In this document: in pieces, positions 51,201 to 64,000 of the stretch | Position numbering within the stretch: position 1 is the stretch's first letter | How the letters are laid out: each line of letters opens with the position of its first letter | NCBI GenBank assembly: GCA_905331295.1 | Contig: CAJNYD010000020.1 | Coordinates: forward strand, 186,001 to 250,000 | Origin: Rotaria socialis | Taxonomy: Eukaryota | Length of the DNA stretch: 64,000 nucleotides | Direction of reading: 5' to 3' | Position numbers and translations under genes: made by a program | The notes under the pieces: model-generated | Database searches by the model: none | What the model was told of the DNA's origin: nothing | The model's input: the letters and a program-made list of their open reading frames with translations, nothing else

Positions 51201-53286
51201 ATGAAGGTCCAATCCCATGGGAAATGTGATTATTTTTTTAAAGAAAAAACGATTATCCATTTGTGTCACACTTGGCAATAGGTGAAAAGTATGAATATTA
51301 TCATTCTTTTTCTGTACAAATCATTAACCCAACTCCGAGCTCTATTCGAACAATTGAATAAAGAATACGATAAAACATAGAAAACAGAAATAAACATAAA
51401 TGTTCTTTTTGCTTCAATGTTTTAATTAAATATCATCATCTTTTGTTTTATAAATTGTTCAATGTTACCTTCTATAATTATTTCTTCCTCATTATCATCC
51501 TTAGTTTAGGATAAACAGGAATATTCAGTTGAGAAAATCAAATTTCGTTTGCAAGATCACAAACAGAATTAAAAGGTATTGATAATGATATTCCAACCAG
51601 GAATGCACCAATTTCTAATACATGGTACGATAGATAACATTTTTGCCTAATGTAGGAGGCAGTCGTCCTCTGATTCCGTTCCATATATCAGCCAAGATCA
51701 TTTTTTTCGATCTATGAAAAACTATGATCCAAACTTATTAAAGATGAAAAATCGTTTTTGGATTTGACTCCCAATTGCAATTTTCAAGTCGTTTTCCGTC
51801 AAATTCTGCCAAATCCAATTTAGTTTCAGACTTGCAATTTGCATTACACAAATTCGAAGAATAGATTTGAAAAAAGCGTTCAAAACTGAACAGAAAAATA
51901 TGAAGAAAGAGATGTTCGATCGATATTTCTTTCTCACTACCGGGCACATCATTTTTAAGCAGGGAAAAGATCAAATCCCGCCAATTTCCTTAATTTTTAA
52001 TGCGATGTTTGCATGTTTTCAGCATTGGGAGCTATGGGCTAAGCCTCTTTTTACTTATTTTTTTCCGTTCAGTTTTGAACGTTCTTTTGAAATCTATTCG
52101 TAGAATTTGTGAATTTGTGTAGTCTGAAACTGAATTGAATTTGACCGAAACGGCTTGAAAATTCAAATTCTGCGTCAAATCCGAAAACGTTTTTTAATCT
52201 CTCATAAATCTCGGCTATCGTTTTATATAGAGCAAAAAAAATGGTCTTGGCTCATATGGAATCAGAGCACAACTCCATTCTACATCAGGCAAAAATGTTA
52301 TCTTTCTTGCAATGTACTAGGAATTCGTGCATCTCTAATTCCAATATTCAAATCGGAATGTTGAAAAACTTCGAATTTCCAGTTAGAAAAAAAATAAACC
52401 TTGATTTTCAGTAAGATTTTTCGTAATATAGCGAATCCCATTAGGAACCCTGGTTTCGATTGTAAAAGCTGTTCAGTGGGTCACTGATTCAGATGTGAGC
52501 CGAAGATAGTTTATATTGAGTTTCTTCTATAGTCAGCGACATGCTTGTAGATAAGAATACTTAAGGTCAGACTTTTTTGTTCAACAAATGAGAATTAATT
52601 TCATACAAGTGCAATAGTTAAAGAAAAAACTTATGAAATGTTTTCGTAAAAAATAAATCAAAAATTCGAATATGATTCTTATTTAGTACATACGAAGTGA
52701 AGTAAGTTGCGTAGGTATTTTAAAAACTGATGCAAACCCGGTAGCTCATGTCTATTGAACAGAATACTTCTCTTTGTTACTAAAAAACGATTTATCAAGA
52801 TCTCTTGTTCATACATTTTATAATGAATCAAAATTTATTGAGCATGCTCTTTTTTATCAATAATACATAGGTTCACCATCAGCTTCGTCCACTTCGTCGT
52901 CATCGTCATCAGGATCATCGTCGTCGGGTTCTTCGTCATCGTCAGCTTCCCCACCGCCGCCACCACCACCGCTATCTCGAAAGGAAGATCAACGTAATCG
53001 GGTCGAACGTCGTCAAAAAGATCAATCTCCTGAAGCCGATCGCCGAAATAAATCAAGAAAAGATGAAGGTCGGCCAAGATATCTATCTCCAGAACTTGAT
53101 CGTCGAAATGGCGTAAAGAAAGACGATCGTCGACAAAAAGATCGCTCTCCAATTGTTGATCGTAGAGATCGAACAAAAGAAGACGACCGCCGACCAAAGG
53201 ATCGACGCGTAGAAGAGAAAAGGCACCATGAGAAGCAACCATCACCTGATCGTGGTCGTCATTATCATAAATCGTCAAAACGCTAA
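48252..53286 (+). CDS. CWC22: Pre-mRNA splicing factor CWC22 (MIF4G + MA3/MI); ~10 exons, last exon 52872-53286
   Basis: [68 protein letters not shown] and an RS/RD-rich C-terminus. Confidence 0.96.
51180..52452. mobile_element. Non-autonomous hAT-like element (outer) in the last CWC22 intron
   Basis: TIRs caagcctcctaatgggat / atcccattaggaaccctg with a 12-bp perfect core, and a perfect 8-bp TSD GTTTCGAT at 51172-51179 and 52453-52460. Confidence 0.8.
51598..52337. mobile_element. hAT-like MITE with ~300-bp inverted arms, nested in the outer element
   Basis: Arms 51598-~51912 and ~52043-52337 are imperfect reverse complements. Termini are CAGGAATGCAC/GTGCATCTCTA, with an 8-bp TSD ATTCCAAC (51590-97) / ATTCCAAT (52338-45). 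Confidence 0.8.
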
Positions 53287-53782
53287 ATAATTTTTTTTTG
53301 TTTATTGTTATTAAATTTTTTTTGTCGTGCAGTGTCTATTTCAAAAACAAAAACTAAGAAAGTAATAAATGCTTATTACGTTCAACTTGGATTTAAAATG
53401 AGTCATACTGAGAGAATGTGATTTTCCTAAATTGTAGATGCATTTTAATTCATGCTATCGTTCGTCAATGTGAATATCTCATATACACGAATATCATCAA
53501 ATATATGAATTTAAATGTTTATATTTGTTATCAGGAATATATAATATAATTTTACCAGCTAGTTTCTCAGCATAATTAATTCTCATTTTCTGTGAAATAT
53601 ATTGCGATCGACTCGACATATTTTTGTTAGCGTCAGGAACTGATGGGTACTATTTATATCCGAATTTTCGTGTCATTTCCTTACGACGACTTTATCTGAA
53701 TGGGACAATACTTGAATATGATCTATTGATGAAAAACGATGGTTCTATAGGTTTATCTTTCTCTAGATAAAAGAAATAGAAT

Positions 53783-56067
53783 ATGGTTAAATTACCGATT
53801 TTACTTGCTATATGTAAGTATTTTATTTTAATGTTTTCAAAATTCTAAAAATGCTCGTTTTTATTGATCTAGTATTATCGATAGTTATATTTGTTAATGG
53901 ATATCGTCTAGAAAATGGTCTTCCGTTAAAATATCACGTTAGTGGTGTTATTCAATTACCTTATGCAGAAATAAGTGAACCATTCGAATCATGGATTGAT
54001 AGTGAATTAGGTTTTTCACGTATTGATTATTATGGCGGTTAGTCTTTTCTGTTTTTTTTTCTTCTCGTTTTTCTTTATAAGCAAAATTATAGGTGCCGCA
54101 AAAACTGTTCAACGAAAAGGCAAAGGTACTCAAGATTTCGGTGCTAATTATAAAATTGTCCCAGTATCAAGTAAGCCAAAATTTTTATTACATGAAGTTT
54201 CTCTGCAAATAATATTTTTTTTTATAGATGAAGCAGTTTTAAATAAACTTACCTGTTTTGAAGTCGATGGCTCAAAAGATGCATTAATGGATATACAACA
54301 TAGTTTACCCGATATAAATTCATTTAAAGTATTTGGTCAATTTATTGTGCTTTTAATATTATTCAGCGTTGTTTTTATTTTAGGATCTAGGATTAACTGA
54401 ATGGCGTGGAATAAAATGTCAAGTTTATCAAATCATTGATCAAGAAGGTGATAAAAAATCGACCTACACTTATTATGTTAATGCTGAAACACAACATCCA
54501 GTTCATTATGAAATGTTTGGTTATGATACATTGATTGGATCTCATTTTGATAAATATACAATTGATTATTATAATTATGATGAAAATCCAATTGATTCAA
54601 GTTTATTTCATATTACTGATGGTAATTTGCATTGTTCTTATATTTTTTTTGCTAATGATTAATTTTCAATGATCTCTTTGATAGATATGCAATGTGTGGG
54701 ATTTCCGGATTCTGAAAATGAACATACATCTCCACGTGTTTTATTTAATCCCATGAGTGAATACATAAATCGTCATGGTGAAGATGATTTCGAATCATCA
54801 TTTGAGAATTTCAAGGAACAACATGAACGTAAATATAAAGATGAACATGAGCATCGTCGTCGATTGAAAATTTTTCGACATAACAATCGTTATGTAAATA
54901 CACGTAATCGTGCAGGACTCACATATACAATGAAATTAAATAAGTTTGCTGATCGAAGTGTAAGTTTAACAGTTGAAATTTGTTTTGATTAGTTTTTGTA
55001 TATTTAAAAGGATGATGAATTACGCGTACTTCGAGGTCGTCGGTATGCAAAAGGTTATAATGGTGGTCTACCTTTTCCCGTAGAAGAATTAACCAAAGAT
55101 AACCAAGCTGTTCCAGAGTCAATCGATTGGCGTATTATGGGTGCTGTTACACCAGTTAAAGATCAAGGTATTTGTGGTTCATGTTGGACATTTGGAACAA
55201 CTGGCGCTATTGAAGGTGCTTATTTTGTTAAGGTAAAATGAGAGCTATTGATTTAATTTCAAATATGTTTGTTTTTAAATATTATGTTAGCATGGATCAT
55301 CTATTCGTTTATCTGAACAAGGTTTGGATATATAGAAACGATTGTTTTTTGAAAAATTATTCTATCATAATTTCTTTAAATAGATTTAGTCGATTGCTCA
55401 TGGGGTTTTGGTAATAATGGTTGTGATGGGGGTCTAGATTATCGTGCATATCAATACATTATGAAACATAATGGAATAGCGCTCGAAGATGAATATGGTC
55501 CCTATTTACAAGAAGATAGTTTTTGTCATCATGATATGGCTATAAAAGGTGCTAAAATTCTTGGATACGTTAATGTAACTCAAAGCGATGTTGAAGCTTT
55601 AAAACTTGCGTTAGTTAAAAAAGGTCCAGTTTCTGTTGGTAAGATTTTTATAATTGAATTTTTATTTAAAAAAATACTTCATTGTATTTCATAGCTATTG
55701 ATGCTGCTCATAAAAGTTTTGTATTTTATGCTAGTGGAGGTAAGAATTAAAAATTCTATTTCAAATTATTTTACTATATTGATTGTTTCTTTTATTTTTA
55801 GTTTATTATGAGCCTAAGTGTGGTATGCTTCAGTTGATTTTGATTTACAAATATTAAAATCTTTTTTTCTTTTTATTAGGTAATACCCCAGAAGATTTAG
55901 ATCATGCAGTACTAGCTGTTGGCTATGGTACATTAAATGGTGAAGATTATTGGCTTGTTAAAAACTCTTGGTCAACATATTGGGGCAATGATGGTTATGT
56001 ATTAATGTCACGAAAGAATAACAATTGTGGTGTAGCTACATCAGCAACTTATGTTATTGTTGCATAA
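53783..56067 (+). CDS. Papain-family cysteine protease, 26/29-kDa proteinase (cathepsin L-like with long N-terminal extension); ~12 exons
   Basis: Signal peptide, N-terminal [15 protein letters not shown]...SRIDYYGG, I29 prodomain (ERFNIN-like [20 protein letters not shown] and LNKFAD), and catalytic [19 protein letters not shown] and YWLVKNSW motifs. Confidence 0.92.
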
Positions 56068-56201
56068 AATGCAATCTCACAATCTGTTTTTTTCCCTGTT
56101 ACATATGTATTTAGATCTAGGGCTCTCTCTCATTTTGTTTTTGTATTTTATCCCAGGATATTAAATAGAAAGTTGAAAAAAGAAACAAAGTTTTACATTT
56201 C

Positions 56202-57556
56202 TTAACATATGTTATAGGGTCGTTTCCATTGGTGTCCAGTAATTTGATAAATACCTCGACAATATAAATAGAGTTGATTGAATTGACCTATTAAATAACG
56301 TCGCCGACTTGCCCATTCACTAAAACCACTCCGAGCCATAATTAATGTATCACATTCGCCAAGAACGTAAAAATCTGAAATAACTTTAAGAAAGCCTGTA
56401 CATCGCTCATCAGATGAATACAATGACGATAGACGATCAATATGAATGATTGGACCAGGAATAGATATTGATTGATTTGTTGTATTATATCTATCAAGAA
56501 TATCTTGATTTACTTTCATCGAATCACTTGTTATAAATATCATTGAATTGTTATTGATTGTTAGATTTTTATCAACAAATTGAATCATATCTTCAACCAT
56601 TGTTTCACGATAAGTACGAATTTCATCATAAATCATTGTAGGATTTTTGCCAATACGTATATGTAAACAAATTAATTGTTTCTTAACTGATTTATTATTA
56701 TTTAATTTGATTAATAATTGATCAACCATAGTCATTACATGATCTGCTGGTCGAAAAAGAATTTCATAGAGAAGTGGAAATAAACGAGCTTGTGTAGACT
56801 CAATAGATGATATGTTTAATAAACGAACTATATTTTGTAGATACTTATTAGCTAATGCAGGTGTTACATAATCACTAGCTGTTTCGATTGAAATATCATC
56901 AAATTGTGACCATTCGATAAGGAAATTTGTTGAAGAAATTTTTTCATACATTTTTTGTTTTAATTGTTTATCTACTGTAGCTTCTATATATAATGTTTTG
57001 CGATTCGATTTACTAATTTAAGAAAAATTATTTTCCATTAAAATATGTTCAATTAAGTGCAAATAGAAAAATAATTACTCATATTCAATTGGTTGCCAAT
57101 CATAAAGATTTGGTATTAAAAATTTTGTTAATTCACATGGATAAGGCATATCAATGTAAAATCTTCGTTGAGTAAGTACAGCTAAGATAAATGTCGATGT
57201 TATACCACGAAGTCGATCACCCCCTTGAAAAGAAAACTAAATATTATTATTTATTTCAATTAAAATACGATCTATTGATTATATTTACATCCGCCACACC
57301 ATTCTCGACATCGATATGTTATTGATTGAGACTGATTTGAAGATGATCTATAGAGTAACATGGAAAAATTAACATGACTAAATTGTTGGCGAAGTAAATG
57401 TAAACGTTTATTGATTTTATTTGATAGAATATTTTTTGAATGTACAATTAGATTTCTATTTATTGAATGTAGACGATAAATCAATGTACTGATGCCAATA
57501 GTGAAAATTAATATCACAAGAAAACGGCAAGAACGAAGATATCTCATTGTGCACAT
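56202..57556 (-). CDS. Type II membrane fucosyltransferase-like protein (GT-B, FUT8/NodZ/GT11-like motifs); three exons
   Basis: N-terminal TM and spliced CGGWGDRLRGI, with motif I CLHIRIG, motif II IFITSDS and motif III DFYVLGECD...SGFSEWA. Confidence 0.75.
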
Positions 57557-59533
57557 ACATATGAATGTCCTACCCGGGCAACTATTATTTGTTTATCTGT
57601 TATCTTAGAAAGGTTATTCTTTTACTTTGTGTATTATCCAGATGGTAATTGTATCATCGTTGAGAAAATCATACTGTAATGATAATCTTTCATAGAAACG
57701 CATTTAGTTCTGTTTAAATTATTCAATTTATGTCCTTAAAAAGAAAACTGTTTTCTATGCTGGTAAAAATATGAACGAATGATATAAAATTTGCATGTTC
57801 AATTGAAATCATAAAATGCAATTTTCTTTTCTTTTTTTCCAAATATTTGTTTCGGTTCACATTGAACAATTAGTTAGATTTTATCCCAACAACATTAGGA
57901 TACACCAAAATTTCCTGCTATGCGTCTTCTCTAGTGTTCAACTACAGAACATTTTTAATAGAATATTTGTTTCTTTGCTTCAGCTCTTTTCATTTAATCC
58001 ACGAGTAACTCGTTGAAAGCTCTTTCTTTTACACGTCAAATGGTATTTAGAAATACGTCACACGATTCTTCTTGACCCTTTCCTTTTACACGACGCTACA
58101 GATTTTTAAGTACAGTCAGAAAATACCCTCTAGGATTTTTTCTCAATTATGTGCTCTCAAAGAATAGTCCCACTTCAAAAAATATGAATGAACAAATGGA
58201 TTCTTTGAAAGCTCTAAATGATCCTACACTATTGTATCAAATTTCATTTCTTAGCAAGATACTTCAACCATTGTGATACTCTTGAACTTGGCGGAAAAGA
58301 GCGATAAGGAAAATAGCGAAAGAAAGACAAAGAAAACTTCCATAAGTGGATATTTTCTTTTCTTTTTTTTCCGTTATTTTCCTTTTCGCTCTTTTCTACT
58401 AACACACCATAATCTTTATGAAAAAAGCAAAATTGGCCTTTTGTCTCTACTTATTTTCAATGGATTTCAATCAAAATAGCCAGAATTCGTAGCACAGTTC
58501 ACGATATATATATATATATATACATGGATTATTGAAGCTTCGGACTACGTTTTATTTCATCGAAAAATAGAGCTCTAACGAATATACATGTTTTGAATTT
58601 ACTTAACTTTGTTTTCAGTTCGATTCTTATTTTATTTATTTTTCGGAACTATACAGTGCAATAATCTGACTATTATATTTAAACAATTGAATAGATAAAA
58701 TTGCTTCTTGTAATTAAATTGTACAGATGAATAGATACTATACAACCCTTCCAAGTGACAGTAGAGCGTAGCACACGTTTATATTTTGAACATTGTAACC
58801 AAAAATAAATATACCGTTCACAAATTTTCCTATGAAAAAATGTCTTCAAATTATGCGACATTCATCTTGAAAGATTGGTCAAAATTAATAAATGAACTGT
58901 GGGGCTCCATCACTTTTGTTCTGATGAAATGTGTGATAAGAATCAGACTCAATAAATAGCAGTGCTACTCCAAAGATTGCAAAATAGAGAAGAAAAGACC
59001 TGTCAAGCATCTTTACAAATGGCTGTTCTTTTATTCAGAAAATATGCAACTTGAGAGTGTAAAAATAAAACATCATCTCGGCGAATTCTTTCATTTTTTT
59101 GTCAAAAAGTTTCTTTTTACTAATAGACTATAATCTGTATTGTTTATGAAGCTAACAACGATTTTATTTCGATTATCATGAAAAAATTTTCCAGAAAATG
59201 GCTTTTGTAGAACCATGATCTAGTGTTGCGAGAATCGTGTTTGTTCTTCAATCTCAACGCTTTTAAGATAATTGACATCAATGCAAGTCTAATAAGAGTA
59301 ATATTGGCATGATGTAAAGAGAAAAATTGTTACTGACTGGAAATAGATTTATGGTAGATGATGGCATCAATATTGGTAGTAATACGTCTTCAATAATTAA
59401 ACTAAAGTGCCATGCGATGAATTTTTCAGCGAATAAACATATCAGACGGTATAGGAAAACACTACTTGAATCTTCAAAATATTTACTGTATTTACATAGA
59501 TAAGCATTTATCTGAAGTCAGAGCTTCAATTTT

Positions 59534-60509
59534 TCATGACATTGATTAATTTTGTCAAAAGGATGTCATTGTGAAACAAATATTAAGGAATTCTTGAAGA
59601 CGTTTTAACAGAAAGAAAAATATCTCGACATCCTGCTTATTTAGCTATTTCCATTTGTCATGCTAATCTGGAATATAAAAAAAGTTTAGTACCGTTGAAT
59701 AAAATGTTCTCAATGGGCAAAAGATTGAAAAAATTTCTAGAATTATTTTCGACAGGTCTTGAAGTTTTTAACCTGTTTATTATATCATAAATTAATAACA
59801 TTCATTCATTGGACGCTTTATAAATCTATTGAATTTTATTTAGATTAAAAAAAAACAAGAGTTTTGATTAATTTATTTCTCGAATAAATTATGTTCTATT
59901 TTTAGAATGCAAAACAAACTTAATCATAGTTAAAAGAAGTATTTACTAGAGCATGTTAATCGTTTGTTGACTAACTTATTCATATGTCAATATCATGTTT
60001 CGTAATATTTCTATTTATAATNTCATGACATTGATTAATTTTGTCAAAAGGATGTCATTGTGAAACAAATATTAAGGAATTCTTGAAGACGTTTTAACAG
60101 AAAGAAAAATATCTCGACATCCTGCTTATTTAACTATTTCCATTTGTCATGCTAATCTGGAATATAAAAAAGTTTAGTACCGTTGAATAAAATGTTCTCA
60201 ATGGGCAAAAGATTGCAAAAATTTCTAGAATTATTTTCGACAGGTTTTGAAGTTTTTAACCTGTTTATTATATCATAAATTAATAACATTCATTCATTGG
60301 ACGCTTTATAAATCTATTGAATTTTATTTAGATTAAAAAAAAACAAGAGGTTTGATTAATTTATTTCTCGAATAAATTATGTTCTATTTTTAGAATGCAA
60401 AACAAACTTAATCATAGTTAAAAGGAGTATTTACTAGAGCATGTTAATCGTTTGTTGACTAACTTATTCATATGTCAATATCATGTTTCGTAATATTTCT
60501 ATTTATAAT
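59534..60509. repeat. ~488-bp near-identical direct duplication around a single N (gap overlap, probably two haplotypes)
   Basis: 59534-60021 vs 60023-60509 with the N at 60022; a handful of SNPs and homopolymer-length differences. Confidence 0.88.
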
Positions 60510-61865
60510 TGATGTAAATCTTCTAGAACGATTGTCATTTATCAGAAAGGCATCATTACCTCTGTACTGTTTTTATTATAATTAAATAAGTAATCTCTAG
60601 TTTGACTTTAAGATATTTTTCTTTTTTTTTCATTCTTATTGATTTATAACTGTTCTAATCGATAGATTTGAAATCAATAAAACTTATATATTTCCCTAAG
60701 AATATTCACATCATTCAGTCTATGAAAGATACTCAAAGTTCTACAGTTCATTTCAGTACAAGTCACATGGTAAGATCACCTCGGACTTTTCTTTTGCTTG
60801 AGTTACGCGTTATTACTTGTACAAACGTTTGCGTAATATGTTTTTTCTTATTTCTTTAGAAGGCTGGCGTAAAATGACTCGTAATAGTATTGACTTCACA
60901 AGGAAAAACATCAATAAGAAATAGTTGAGTTAACTCAATCGGAGCTGTCTTAAATTATGCATCCTCGGATAAATGAAAACAAAATCACACCTAAAAAAAC
61001 AAAAATGACCTGAGTGCATCGCGCATGTATAAATATACATTAGAGAATAATGACAAAATAAATGCATATTAGACGAATGTTAACTATAGCCTTACATGTT
61101 TTGTATGTCTTTTTGTATTGGCCGCGATTGACACGAAAGAAAACTGCTGATTTCCAAGCAATACAGTCGGAAATAGTTTGTTTTTCTTCTTTGTTTTTGT
61201 TGTTGTGACCTTAATCAGTATGACCTAATTTATTTATATACCATAGTCTTTGCCGGTTTCCTTTTGATGTACAACTATTCATCACAAAAGAATTAACAAG
61301 CATTGGTAATATAAACATTTCTTTTCTCGTTCGATTCTTCAACTATAAATATTATAGAAAAAGAGTTACAACTCGAGATGCTATCGAAGTAGATTGAGGT
61401 GCAGAGTTGTTCATTTATATCTATTCTATTTTTATATGAATATACAACATATTTAGCCATTTAGCTAGTTTTTTTGCATTAGATAGTAGACTTGTTTTTT
61501 TTGTGCCTCGATTTACTAATGGTATTATTATTCTTCAGAGAAATGCCCGTCTTTTAAACTATTTATCAAAATTTTGTCACTTTCGACAACCACATGACAC
61601 ATATGCTACATTGACCACATTTATTAAATTGGTTTTTAAACAACATACAGAATAGAAAATATCCTATTGGCTTCAAACACACATTGCATATCTCGTTGAA
61701 GTATTATTCTTCTTGGTATTAATTCTAAATAGCTAAGTAGTATAGTTGACATGAAAGAAAGTGAACAAAATGATAGAATTTTCAAAGCTATTTTCATTAA
61801 ATGCTATACAGATTTATTTGTATTTTTTTTGTGTATATATGTAATATACTAGATAATCAATCTTT

Positions 61866-63188
61866 CTATCTGATGACCTGATGTACAGGATAAGATCTGA
61901 TAGGTTTTATACCAGGATAATTTCGTTGTTTTGATTGACACACAGCTTGATAAATATTATGTTGTCCATTTTGTGCAGGCGACCGATGACGATCAGTAGA
62001 GTAACGATTTCGTGCAAAAGCTTTACGAATATGTCGTATATAAAGTTTACCAATACGTTTTAATTCTAGACGAAATTGTCTTCCACTAACACAATAGATA
62101 TAGAAATTTAATGAGCAATTTGCTAATATAATAACACTGACCAAATTGGCTAACAGCAAATCTGAAGTCGAAAAATATACCAACGATGTTACACTTGATG
62201 AAAGAAAAAATAGTAATGAATGTAATAATAAAACAACATTCATCCAGGACATCTTCCCAAATGGTACGTTTGTATTTGTATTTGATGAACCTTTCAAGCA
62301 TACTTGTCTCAAAGAGCTTTGCCGCTGTAATTGTAGAGTTCTATCAGATAAATATACAGGTGATGACGCTGGTGCTTTTGTTGATGAACCAGCTATTACA
62401 GGCATTGATAAAGTATTACTAGGGTTATATTGTTGTCGTCGTCGAACATGTGCTGTTGTTCGTAAAATGCATCCTATTATGCCTGCATTAAATAATGCAA
62501 CTAACAGTGAGGGTATTAGTTCGGAAAATAAACATCGCAACGTATAATAATTAAGTCCAAATGTTAAAGCGTCAAAATAATGTCGCCACATGGGTGATAC
62601 ACTTTGCTTATCATATGTACATTTTGCTGATGAATTTGTTTCATTCAAACTAGAATAGTAAATGATTTTTTTTAGTAAACAATAAGAGAAAAGAAATCGG
62701 TTTTACTTAGATAAATTTGGTGCAAAGAAAAAGACAGTTGGACCTGTAACAATAGCAACCATGATCAATGCGATTGTAATCATACATAAAAATTTATATT
62801 TTCCCAAAAAGTGACATTTTTCACCTCGATTATAAAATAAATTTAAACGCGATGCTACATAGACAAATCTTTCAATAACCCAAAAAACTGTAACCCATGC
62901 CGCAATTACACGAATTGATGATGATAAGCGATATATTTTACATGTCATCCAATGTAAATTAACAAGATTATCGGATAGCCATCGTCTTGTTGTTGAATGA
63001 AGTAAAAATGCATAACGTATAATACATATTAAATTAATTCCAAACGATGCTAATGCTAAAGTAGCATATGTTGAACAACAACGAAAACGACGTGATGAAA
63101 AAACGAGCAGACCGAGAAGATTACCAATAAAGCCAAGTACAAATAAAACAACACAAATCCAATCGATGGCAGTAATAACCAATGACAT
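61866..63188 (-). CDS. Orphan rhodopsin-like (class A) GPCR; exons 63188-62707 and 62649-61866
   Basis: TM1 GFIGNLL, TM3 CKIY...VIERF, TM5 ELIPSLLVALFN and TM7 NCSLNFYIYCVSGRQFR. Confidence 0.85.
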
Positions 63189-63636
63189 TGATAGTTTAGA
63201 AAGATATCTATATGATAGATAATACTATAAATTATGAAATAGCATAAAGCAAAAAAAGAAGAAAGTAGGATATATATGGGAAAGAAATAACAGTAAAGAT
63301 AATAGTTATAGAACATTGGGGAAAAAATGAAGCCCTTTTATATTTTGTTCTTATCATCTAGGATGTATTTAAATAGTTTTCTATAAATAAGAAAGAGTGA
63401 ATGTCAAATTTATGCCTGATCAATCTCTTTTGGTAACATAGCAAAGAACATTAAAATAGTAGTTTTTTTTGTTTTACAAAATCTGATGATATAGATAACT
63501 ATCTATGATCTTCATTAGGTCGACTTACGTTTGAATATTTCATAAGACAATGAAAGTAAATAAATCTTTCGTACAAATCATTTATTCACGTAAAAAATAG
63601 TATCTTGAAAATTCAATTAGAATAAATGCGGAAATA

Positions 63637-63856
63637 TCGGATTCGCATCCGATTGTTACGTGTACTGCAAAAACTGAGTCGATTTATATATGTTGTGAAT
63701 AATTCTGAGAAAAAAATCCCTGTACCCCCCTCCCCCTCTCTCACGGATGGTCTGGTCAATAGTGACAATTGGATGACGCTTTCAAAGGTTATCGTGTTAA
63801 TGGCCGGACACACTGGCCGAATCTAGAATGAACTCGCGTTTTGAGTACACAAAAAA
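63637..63856 (+). mobile_element. Second, shorter Helentron/DINE-like copy (3' part)
   Basis: Shares aaaaactga.tcgatttatatatgttgtg.ataa.tctga, aaaatccctgta.cccc, gttatcgtgt..cggacacactg.ccga.tctaga and ttttgagtacacaaaa with 10894-11212. Confidence 0.65.
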
Positions 63857-64000
63857 GAAATTAGTGATATTTATATGCATACAATAATTTTTAAAGAGGT
63901 ATCTTACAAATTGAAGAAAATGAATCTGAGACTATTGACCTTGATTGCCACTGTTTATTACTAATCAAGAAAATATTTAACAACAGAATGCTCTTTAGAA

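Noticed and set aside
52835..53278. 147-aa minus-strand ORF
   Set aside because: Antisense shadow of the low-complexity last exon of CWC22.
57900..58525. Possible degenerate DNA-transposon fragment ending near a (TA)n run
   Set aside because: It has repeat-like wording, but I could not define TIRs, a TSD or a second copy.
62146..62547. 133-aa plus-strand ORF (and similar ones at 17261, 37287, 39094, 49393)
   Set aside because: Antisense shadows of real exons.

Overview
AT-rich eukaryotic (metazoan) genomic DNA with many short (~55-65 bp) GT-AG introns, so the ORF track shows exon fragments rather than whole genes. The mix of animal housekeeping genes and bacterial/fungal-type enzymes that carry introns suggests a bdelloid rotifer (inference). 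About 18 spliced or single-exon genes can be reconstructed: a coiled-coil + beta-propeller protein, a cupin, an orphan single-pass membrane protein, two intact Baeyer-Villiger monooxygenases plus a decayed third copy, CLYBL, SMYD4, a DxD type II membrane protein, OTUD6B, a DIPK/FAM69 kinase, HP1/CBX, two tandem P-loop GTPases, a CCDC74-like protein, CWC22, a 26/29-kDa cathepsin L-like protease, a fucosyltransferase-like protein and an orphan GPCR. There is also an intron-retaining CWC22 pseudogene, nested hAT-type non-autonomous elements, a foldback/MULE-like element, two Helentron/DINE-like elements and two scaffold-gap overlap duplications. The best candidate for an undescribed system is the tightly linked GTPase pair (GTPase, Cys/His finger, coiled coil and an unrecognised ~105-aa C-terminal domain present three times). 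It lies in a co-directional gene run with very short spacers and orphan splice acceptors, which hints at operon-like trans-spliced expression. Exon boundaries were read by eye and may be off by a few bases.
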